Of a stretch of DNA of 64,000 bases, positions 40,726 to 52,700 are shown piece by piece. The notes beneath the pieces were generated by a model. The model did no database searches and was not told the DNA's origin. It was given only the letters and a program-made list of their open reading frames with translations. Every line of letters starts with the position of its first letter. Positions within the stretch are counted from its first letter, which is position 1. Both the position numbers and the translations under genes were made by a program. The stretch lies in IMG/VR virus record IMGVR_UViG_3300045988_057942. One strand, given 5' to 3'. The DNA comes from a virus.

Positions 40726-43700
40726 ATGAGTTGTGGAAATATTAAACTTGTAGGATATAATAATCTTAATAATGTTATTATTAAAGAACATGGTTCTAAT
40801 AATGCAGATTATTATAGTCTTATAGCTATGGTTGAAGACCCAATCTTTAAGAAGATTGTAGCTGATAAAGGTATTAATGTTAAAACTTCTGGAAGACAAG
40901 CTTATAATGCTCTTCTTGAAGCTAGAGCTATTAAACTCCGTAATATGGATGATATAGCTTCTGTTGCTGAAAAAGAAGAACGTGGTTTGTTTAGTACAAT
41001 TAAAGCTAGAGATACAGCTATTACTTATATGGCTGATATTATGAATAAACTTAGTTTTAATTTTCTATATAATGGTGCTCCATTAAATTTTAATGAAATT
41101 AAAAAACGTACTAATGAAACTGTTATTAATGCTGGACTTAAACGTGCTAAGAAATTAGCTGGAAGTGATGAAACTAGAAATAATGAACTTAATAGTTTTA
41201 TTAATAATCCAAATCCTGCTATTAAAATTAACGGTCTTGGTGCATTTCTTCGTAAATACGGTAATGCTCAAGATTTTAATTATGGGGCATTACTGCGTTC
41301 TCTAACTAATACTGAATTTAATGAAGCTCTTTTTAATAATAAGAATGTTGCTAAACTTATTAAAAGAGATGAATTATATCAAACTACTGATTATGAAGAA
41401 TTAGGCGGATATCTTGATGAAACTTTTACTGAAGGTGATGAAAATAGTATAGATGATGGTATTGATTTAATGACTCAACTTTGGAATTTAAGTATTGGTG
41501 AAGTTAAAGATTTTAATAAACACGTAGAAGAAATTATTAAATATCATCTTGCAAGTTTACCTAAACTTACTGCTGCTTCTCAACTTGATAATGGAAGTTA
41601 TCCTTTTGATACTAATAATGAATTAGGAGTTGTTACTTTTTCTGATGCTAATTATTTATCTAAAATATTATATGCTAGTGCTGATACTAGTAATGTAGAT
41701 AATTTTATAGCTAGTCTTAAACGTATATCTGAAACTATTCCAAATTGTGAATGTTTAATTCAATTACATGATTTACTTAGCAAAAATAAAGTATTTGCTA
41801 ATAAGTATATGATGGTATTTAATAAACCTATTATATCTAAAATTGAAACTTATATTCAAACTGATTCTAATGGTAATAGTTATGTTCGTGCTCGTGTAAC
41901 TAATCCTAATACTGATTCTCGTACTATTTTACAGAATACTTTTTATAATAATGTTAAAAATAATATTATTACTAATCGTGTTCCTAGTGCTCGTGAAAAG
42001 TTTCGTATATATGATAGATATAAAAATACTCCTCATGCTAATCTTTATTTATATGATGCTTTTAAAGAAATATTTCCAGATATTAATCAAGCTAGTTTTA
42101 ATTTAGCTATTGCTAAAATTGGACGTATTGCTATGGCTAATAATCTTATTAACTTTGCTAATGTTATTAATCGTACAGTTGAAAATTATAATAAATATGT
42201 AGAAGCACTTAAAAAGGATAAAAGAACTAAAATGCCTGATAGTTTTATTAATAGAGGTGATACTTCTATTATATATCAAATGGCTGATGTTTTTAAAGAT
42301 ATTATTTATATTCCTGTTGAACTTAATTCTCGTAATCCTGAAGGTAATTTAAGTTCTGATGTTATTAATAGAAGTTTTATTACTAATATTGCTAAAATTA
42401 TTAATGATGATAAATCTACTGTTGAAGAGCAAAATGCTATGGTTGAAGCTTATGCTAAACAAAAGTTTGCTAGTCATCAATATGATTATAGTAATTTACT
42501 TCTTGAACATAGAGATAGTAATGGTAATATAATTAATTATGGATTATTTAGAAGAGTTGGAAATGGAACTCCTAAACTTACCGAATATGCTCGTAGTATG
42601 TTTAAAACTTCTCTTCTTAATGGTATTAGCGAATTAGATAATAACAATAATGACTTATATCGTAGTATGAGTGATGGTGATTATTTAATTACTGCTATGG
42701 GATTATTTATGACTGATATTAATAATTCTGAAACTCCTACTGCTAATTATTTACTTCCCATACCTAGTGATGCTCCTAAAAACTTTACTATTACTGCTCC
42801 TAGATATAGTCTTGCTGGATTACGTAGTCAACTAGAAGATGGAACTAAAATTATAAATAGAGAACATCCATTATTTAAACAGTATTATAATATAGTTATT
42901 CAAGAACTTACTAATATGGCTCAAGCTGTTAATGTAATGTTTAAAACTAATGCTAATGGTAATCCTATTTTAACTAATGGAGATTTTGAATTTAGTGATA
43001 CTTATAATAATAAACCTGAACATTTTTATAATCAATACCATAAAGATGGAAAAGATAATGTATTTACTACTAAAGATGGACATAAAGTTTTAGCTGGTAG
43101 AGTATTTAGTTTTAAACGTTTAGCTAGTAAAATTACTCCTAATAGTAATGGAGCATTTAATGAACTAATTGGGTATGGTAAGACTATTGACATCCTCTAC
43201 GGGGGGTCTACACGTGGACTTAGCTATGTTAATAATCAAGTAGTTCTTAATGCAGAACAACGTATTGCTCTTGAAGATGCTGTTGCTGATTGGTTAAATG
43301 AATATATAACTAATGGTTATAAAGAACTTAAAAATAAATATGGTACATTTATTGATGATAGGATTAATAATGAATCTTTAGCTGAGTTTCTTGTTAATGA
43401 CTATCTTGTTAGAGATAGTATGTACGATATGTATGGCGGCGACCAAAGTTTTTATAAAAATGGTCAAGCTATTCTAAAACGTATTAAAGAAGTACAAGCT
43501 AGTGGTAATCCTTTTGGTAATACAGACTTTACTAAAAATGATTTAGATATAGCTACTAATTTATATGATGTAACAATTAATGGTAATGCTATTACTGTCC
43601 CTTATACAGTTAATGGAGTTGTTAAACGTAAAAAAGTAGTTCTACAAGATAAATTTAGAGGTGTTACTATTTATAATACTTTTAAATCTTCTGATAAAGT

Positions 43701-46700
43701 TGTTATTGATAGACTTGATGACCAACTTAAAAAAGCTGGACTTGATAAAAAAGACAGAGAACGAATATTAGAACCATTTAAAGGAGGAGTTAATGCTAAT
43801 GATGCTCAATCTTATATTACTCTTGAAGAATGGATTCGTCGTATTACTGCTGCTGGTGAATTAGATAAATATGCTGGACTTATTCAAAGTCTTACAGATG
43901 ACACTCCTATTGATAAAATTGATTGGAATAAATTTGCTAATAAAGTTCAAATTCAAAAGAATTTCTATTATGATTTATATTATGATACTACTGTTGGTAT
44001 TGAAGTTCCTAGACAAGTAAAGAATGCTGAGTTTGTTCTTATTCCTAAACTTATTAAAGGAACAGAACTTGAAAAAGTTTATAATATAATGACTAATAGA
44101 GGTATTCATCAGCTTAATACTGTTGAAACTGTTAAAGTTGCACAACATAACAGAATGACACTTTGGAATAACGATGGGGTTCTAACTGATAAAGCTCTTA
44201 AAGAATTTGATGATAATGTATTTGATAATTCTGAATTGTTTAGTTATAATTATCTTTATCGTCAACAAGAAGTTCCTCAGCATATGGTTGATGCTAGTAA
44301 TAAAGCTGCTATTCAGATTATGAAAAAAATGCTTGATAATCTTCCTAATAAACCTGAACTTAATGACCTTAAAAATAAAGTATTTAATAATTATGTAGCT
44401 AATATTAGAAATAGTTTTGAAAAAACTTGTGCTGAACTTGGTATTGGATTAGATGATAATGGTCATATTGATTTAAATTCTAATGGTACTATTAAAAATC
44501 TTAATCGTTTTGTATTTTTTGATAGATTTAAAGAAAATGCTCAACAACAAGGAGTTGAGAAAGCTTTTCTTGAATTTTTTGATTTAGATAGTGCTGGATT
44601 TAATAATCTTCCTTTATTCTTATCTAATATTAATAGTAAACTAGAAAGTATTGCTAATAGTTATTTTAATACTAATATTACTAGACAACTTATTAGTGGT
44701 TGGCACGCTGCTCAGTTATCTGATTTTGGATTTAAAGTTGATAAACAAACTCAAACAGATAGTAAACTTCAATATAAGAAAATTGGAGAAGTTGATGGCA
44801 CTCCTGTTTATTATACTGAAATTAAACTTCCTAGATGGAGTAGTAAACTTAAAGGATTAAATATTGAACAAGTTCCTGATAGCTTACGTACTATGATTGG
44901 TTATCGTATTCCTACTGAAGGTAAGCAATCTATATGTATTATGTATGTTAAAGAGTTTCTTCCTGATGCTTATGGTAGTACTGTTGTTGTTCCTGATGAA
45001 TGGGTTACTCAAACTGGTTCTGACTTTGACGTTGATAGTGTTTATGGTATGTCTAAAACATTTAATCTTGTTAAAGGTGTTCCAACTGAAATTACTCATG
45101 CTAGATATACTAAAGATGAAGTAGGATATATTAATTATGTTAAAGATAATGTAGATAAAGCTAGTCGTAAGATTCTTGGTAAGACTTATAATAAACAAGG
45201 TAATATTAGAGCTTCTTTAAAAAATAGTGAAGATGCTATTAATGCTACTCTTGAAGGTTATAATGGCAATCTTAAAGTTGTTGAAAAAATTGCTAATGAT
45301 GGTGGACTTAAGTCTTACGAATCATACTTGAAACTCCCCGTGGAGGATACAAGTAGTCAAGCTGCTAGAACTAATGCTATTATTCAATCATTTATTGATA
45401 TACTTAATAATCCTGCTGCATTTGAAGAAAATACTACTACTTCTAATTTTGAAAATGTCAAAGAAGCTAATGAAACTTATGCAGAAATAGTTGGCGCTAA
45501 TAAAACAACTGTTGCTCCTAGTGATTTCTTTACTCAACTTGATTGGTTTGATGCTGCTACTTCTGGTATTAAACTTAAAGGTATCAGTGTTAATAGAGAT
45601 ACTTTTATGAGTATTGGAAATGTTACTAAAGCTAATCATAGCGAAGGTATTAAAGTTATGTACACTACTGATGTGATTAGTGAGCAAGAAGCTGTTAATA
45701 GATATGGTAAAGAAAATGTTGAAACTATTGGTAATAAACATATTCGTATTACTCATAAGAATTTTGGTTGGTCTGGAGATGATAAGAATGTTGATGGTTA
45801 TTTGATTAATCCTTATAGTTCTCAGACTACTGCTCATATTCTTGATGTTATGAAAGAGGGAGCTATACATAATGAAAATACTTATACATTTAATGCTTTC
45901 AAAACTATTGTTGACTTTGGAAGTAATTATGATACTGCTATTGGATTTATGTGGCAACCTGCTATTGATATATTAGTTCGTAAATGGAAAGAAACTAATA
46001 GTGTTCTTGCAGAAGGTACTAAAAATCCGCTTACTGAAGCTATTAGAGAAGTTGCTCATAATCTTGGTTTTGGTGAAAAAGTTAATTTTGCTGGACGTAA
46101 AAAGCTAATTGATATTATTAATGAAAGTTATGGTGAAACTTTCAAGAAATTATTCAATTTAAGCGTTTCTGAGGCATTTTCATCACCCAACCTTATATTT
46201 TCATCAGACGCATATAAATCTCGTCTTAGAGGGGAAATGAATGGGGTTCAGCAGGCTTTATTTGACCTTTATGTTCTAGCACAATTCAATCGGTTAAACT
46301 CAATCGGACAGGATATAAGTAATAATCTTAATATTCTTAGTGCTGATAAATATGGTGCTAAACAAAGTTTTTATGCTAGTGATAAAGTATTTAGAGATGC
46401 TAGAACTGTTATTGAAAATAGTAATATTTATGCTCCATCCTCTACGGGGGGTCAAACCTTGTTGTTAGAGAGTGTATTTCCTGATATTAGTGGTGGTATA
46501 GATGCGTTTATTAAATCAGATATATCTAAAAGTAGTTATCCTAGTTTAGCTGCATTTTTACAAATGAGTACTGCTCTTAGTGTTAAAGCTACTCAACAAG
46601 TATTTGAAACTGCTAATCCTGTATTTATTGATTATGTATATAGAATAGCGGAATGGACTAAAGGTGGAATAATGACTGAAAAGTTATATAATGACTATAA

Positions 46701-49700
46701 AGATTATCTTATTAATAAACTAGAAGTAGGTAATAATGGTAGTTCTTATCTTAATTTACCTGTTACTGTTGTTAATGGAGATTTTGTTCATCCTAAATAT
46801 ATTAAAGAATATGGTACTGGACAATCTAGAGCTTTAGAAGTTGGTAGAGTTAGTGGTACATTAGTTAATATTAAAACTGATGATGTTGTAGTTAAAAATA
46901 TATTTGAACCTACACAAACTGAAATTGATGTATTTGCTAGACTTACACCTGCTCAAAAAGTTGATTGGATTAAACGTAATTTTAGTCAAGACGGTAGTAT
47001 ATTTGCACATATTGAAATAGTTGCTAATGATGAAAGAAATAATCGTCGTAATGTAAATATTCAATATATTAATTATATACAAGGTGATATTACTAATGAT
47101 GAAGCCCATAGATTGTTTGATAGAGCTTGGAATCATCCTAATCCTCTTATTAAACTTGCAGCTCTTGATTTAGTTAAATATGCTTTTATTGTTGAAGGTC
47201 ATAAATTTAGAACTAGAAATATTAGTAGACTTATAAGTAATACTCCCCTTAGAGGATTGAGCGATAATGGAATAGCTATTGGAGATATAGCTATGAAAGG
47301 CATTAATAACTATGGTTTTATTGATAAAGATAATGTTGAAGATATAATTGGTTTTATTCGTAAAAATTATAATAGTTTTAATTGTCCTAGTTATACATTT
47401 AAAAGACTTACTAATAATAAAATTAATTATAGTCTAAAAAGAAGTGGTATTATTACTTTTAATGGTCAAGAAAATCTTGATAATGTAGGAATAATAAGAA
47501 ATGGAGATGCTGTTAATGTTATTAGAATTAATAAAAATTTATATATTAAAGGAACTTATGATGGAACTTTAGCTTATTATCCTATTGATAGACTTGAATC
47601 ATTTGAAACTTATAATAGTATTGAGCCTAGTATTATAGCTAATAATAATATTCATAAACCGTTAGCTGTTCTTCTTTATGAAGGTCTTACTCAACAAGAA
47701 AAACGAGATAAATTTATTGATGGTATTAAAGACAATATTAATGAAGCTATAAATAAAGGTTATAAAGAAGTTCCTGAACTATATGGTAAATATATATCTG
47801 ATGAGTATTTCCAACCTTTTATGAATACTCCTTTTGAGAATAATACTATATATACTATTAATGATAAATTTTATCTTAACATTAATGGAACTACTGCTAT
47901 TAATTTAAGCGATGATTTACAGCAATATAAAGCTAAATATCCTAATATTGAAGATAGTAAACTTGGATTATTTATTGAAATTAATGAAAATGAAATAGAT
48001 AGAGTTACAAGTAATACTGATAGATATAGTAGTGTTGATGACCAAACTCCTATTGGTAGATTTGCTAAAAATGCAAGTTTAATTATTTCAAGAGCTGTTC
48101 GTCATGGTCAACCTGCTGCTCAAAATGTATTAAACGCTCTTAATAATGCTGAAATTAATTATCTTGATAGTAGTAGTCTTTCTGATAATTCTGAATTTTC
48201 ATTATCAGTTATAGCTAATTATATAGATGTTGAAGCTAATAATATTCTTAATGATATTAATCGTTTTATTAAAATTGATGGTATCGATAAACCTATTAAC
48301 GATAAAGATGTTATTGGTAAAGTTCTTAAAGATGAACAACTTCAAAATCGTTTCTTAGATGTTATTCTTAGTGCTAATACATTTAAGAATAAATACAAAC
48401 TTATTAGCGAAATTGATATTGATAGTACAAATCTTGATGATAAAACTAAAGAGAATATTAGAAAGATTCAGAAACTAGTTAATCAAGTTGATTCTAATAC
48501 TACTGTACATTCTGCTAGAAAAGATTGGTTTGAAAGATGGATTCAATTACGCACTACTAATCCTAATTATATAAGTGGTCTTATGAAAGAATTTGATGCT
48601 TATGGTGATACTGGATTTATGGATTATTGGATACAAGATATTCGTGCTAATCGTAACTTTGTATTGCAGAATATACTTAAAGATGTAATGGGTACTGTTG
48701 AAGAAGGTCGTCTTAACGGTATTAAAGAAGCTAATGACTTTAGAAATTATCTTAAAGAACTTAAATCTAGAGCTACTAAAGATGGTAAATCTGTTAGTCT
48801 TGATAGTATAATTGATGATGATGGTAGATTAATTCAACCTAATAATCCTATTTGGGAAGAAAAGATAAAGAAATATAGAGATGCTGCTATTGAAGCTGAA
48901 CAAAAATTTGGTATAAATAGTGTTGAACATCTTATTGCTTTATCTAATAAAGCTAAATTTATTGATATGACTACTATTCATCAGCTTAAACCAATCACTG
49001 TTCAAGATGAAGATGGCAATGATGTTACTATTGAATATTCTACTTATATTATAAATCTTGAAAGAAGTTTATTAGGTCTTAAAAAAGGAGATGATGGTAT
49101 TCCTAAAGAATTTGCTGAATATAAAAGACTTAATGGTAGAATACGAGATATTCTAAGCCAAGCTACTGATAATGTTACTACACAAAGTCAAGATGAAGAA
49201 CTTGGACGTATCTATGCTCAAATGGATAGCCTTACTAGTCTTTATGATGAAGATGGTAATAAAAAGATTGGTCATGATTTAAATGTAGCTGAAAGACTTC
49301 GTGCTTATCAAACTAATATTCGTAAAGTAAAAGAAATGTTCTATGATAAGCAAGCTAAAGAAGGATTTGATTCTAAACTTAAAGAACAACTTTCTATTAT
49401 TAGTAAATATGAAAGTCAACGTGATGCTAATGGTAATCTTCTTATTAGTATGGAAGAACTTATGAAAGTTCCTGAATATCGTGAAGCTAAAGAATGGATT
49501 CGTAAGAATACTAGATATATTCTTGATATTAAAGATATAGAAGATTTAAATTGGGCATTTGAAGAACTTAAAGACGCTAATAAAGGTAATAGTGTTCTTA
49601 ATCTTGCTATTAGAGAATTTCAAGCTAAAGATGAATTTAACGTAGTTGATGGACGTAAAATACCGGAAGAACGTGCCGCTCTCATAAAAGCTGAAACAGT

Positions 49701-52700
49701 TAGAAAATATAAATATACTAAAGGTAATGGTATACCTTATGTTGGTATTATTCGTTCTGCTGAAGATGAATTAAGAATTTATCGTGCTGATTTCTATAAT
49801 TATCTTACAGGTAATAAATCTAAGAGCGAAGAAGAAATTAATGTAGGAGAAGCTATTAATAAAATACTTGAAAAATATTTTGATAATGCTACTAGAACTC
49901 TTAATACTGCTGATATTAGTCAAGAAGATTTAGAACAACTCAAGACTGGTTTTGAAGTATTTAATGAAATTACTAGAGGAGAAAAGAGTGTTGATAAAGC
50001 TAAAGCAAAACGTGTTGCTGAATTTATTGAAAGTGAATGTGATGTTACTTATAATTGGAAGCAATATGAACTTGATAAAAATAGAGCTTTTGCTAAAGGT
50101 AAAAAGTATTATGATAAATGGCTAGAAGTATTTAGTGAACAAGTTGAAGAAAATGGAACTATTGCAGAAAGACCTAATCGAACTATTTATGGTATTATTA
50201 AACCTAAAGATTTAGATAAATGGACTGATATTGATAAAACTGCTGCAATTAATATTCTTCAAAAAAGAACTAGAGAAACTACTACTCAATATTATTATAT
50301 AAAAGAAAAAGAAGTTCTTGATAAATATGGTATTGATAGTCCAGAATATAAACAATGGTATAGAGATAATCATTATTTTGACCCATATACTCGTACTATT
50401 AAACCTATTCGTATTTGGACTACTATGCAAATGATTAAAGATGATGGTTCAGCTGTTGTTGGTAATTATGAACCACGTATTAATCAAATGCATATTACTC
50501 CTAAAGAAGAACTTATTAATCCAGAATATAGTAGTTTTGTTAATAAGTATAAAGTAGGAACAGGATATGATAATCCTAATTATACTAATCTTAATGAGTA
50601 TCAACTTGAACTTATGAATAAAGTAAATGAACTTATGAAAAAGTATTGTTTTACTAATAGTAATAAGCGATATGTTGATATGGGTTATCTTCCAGCTTTG
50701 CCTAAATCTAAAGATATGACTGTTAAAGATTATTTTGAACAAGCTCTTAGTTTTCTTGGTTGGACAGCCAATGTTCCTAATAATACTAGTTGGAGAAATA
50801 ATGAAGATTTAACTTTTGATAAAGATTATGATATTCCTAATCCTAGATTAGTTCAGTTAGTTAATAAAGATACTCAACAGTTGCCTACTATACCTAAATT
50901 TAAAGAGCCTAATGAAAGTGATGAAGAATTTAGTAAACGTAAAGCTGCTGCAATTAAAGCTAGAGATGAAATTATTGAAAAGAATAATAAAATTCATAAT
51001 GATATTCTTAATCGTAATTGGGAAGAAGTATTTAATAGTTTCTTAATTGAAAGTAATAGATATAATGCTATTAAAACAGTTAAAAATCTTCTTTATACTG
51101 CTGACCAAATTATTACTAGTAATACTGCTTACGATATAAATTATAAAGGTAGTATAAGTGAAAATAGAGAAGCTAGTGCTGGTGGTGAAATTGAATATAA
51201 ACAAGAAAAACAAACTAGAACTAGTGAACATCTTAGAAGTTTTATTCGTCGTCTTGTATTTGAACAATATAAAGATAATAAAATTCCTAATCTAGTTAAA
51301 CTTGGTTCTCTTGCTCAAAACATTGCTGGTAGTAAATATATGATGATGAACATTACTGGTGGTATTGCTAACGTTCTTACTGGTTCTAGTAATATATTTA
51401 TGGAACGAGCTGCTGGTGAATATATTAATCTTAAAGATTGGGAAGCTGGTAAATCTGAATGGATTAAAGGAACTGTTAGTTATATGGCTAATATGTATAG
51501 TGAAAATAGTAGTACTCTTCAAGATGCGATTATTAAACTTAGTCATGTAGTTGATTTTGATAGAGTAACTGAAGTTAGTACTGCTGAAGGTCTTAAAGAA
51601 AATATTCGTAGAGTTCGTGGATTACTATTTAGTCCTCAATCTGTTGGTGAACATTATATGCAAAATGTTATGCTATTTGCTATGCTTAAATCTCATAGAC
51701 TTGTTGATAATGGTAGAGGTGGTTATGATATAATGAGTAAAGAAATGTATCATCGTAAAGCTGAACAAGATGCTCTTATGTCTGTAATAAATACTCCCCG
51801 TGGAGGAGAGAACCAAGCTCTACTTGAACAATTCAATAAGTTCATGGATGAAGCTAAAGCTGATAATAAAAAACGAGCTAAATATAATCTATTTAAAGCT
51901 AATCCTATATTTGATTTTGTTAAGACTTATCTTAATGAAGAACAACAAAGAGAATATATAGCTAAACGTAAAGAACTTATTAAGAATATTGATAAAGAGT
52001 TTGCTAAACTTCCAGATATTTATAATCAGTTTGAACTTAAAGATGGAATTGCTCAAATAAAATCTGATAGTAAACTTACTCTTAAAGAATATGCTAAATT
52101 TATTGATAAAGTTCGTGAAGTAAATAAGAAAGTTCATGGTGTTTATGATAAACTTGGTTCTGCTAATATAGAACAACATTGGTGGGGTGGTACGGTTATG
52201 CAATATCATAAACATCTTTATCCTGGTTTTAAGAAACGTTATCGTTGGAACGGTTATTATAATGAAACTCTAGGTACTATTGAAAAAGGTAGTTATACTA
52301 GTCTTTATGATTATTTGACTATTCCATTTAAAGAAACTAACGTAGGAGAAATTAATAATGTAAGTGATGTTCTTAAAGCATTCCAAACTTATGGTAAGAA
52401 TTTACTTTCATTTGCTGTTAATTTCAAACTTAATTATGAACTTCTTCCTGAACATGAAAAAGCAAATATTAGACGTAATTTAGGTGATTTACTTTATGTA
52501 GGTGCTGCTATTATTGGAGCAATTGCTATAACTGGTATTGGAGGTGATGACGATGAAAGTATTATGTATAATCTTATGCTTTATCATGCTGACCGTCTTG
52601 CTTCTGAAGCTGCATCATTTACTCCATTTGGAGCTTATGCTGAAGGTAAAAAGCTATGGTCTAGTCCTGTTGCTATTGGACAAACTATTAATGACTTACT

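Noticed and set aside
12318-51807. Repeats as introns, inteins or programmed bypass elements
   Set aside because: Copies are only 18-45 nt, carry no splice, intein or hop signatures, and the host ORFs read straight through them in-frame. Nothing needs to be removed to keep the protein intact.
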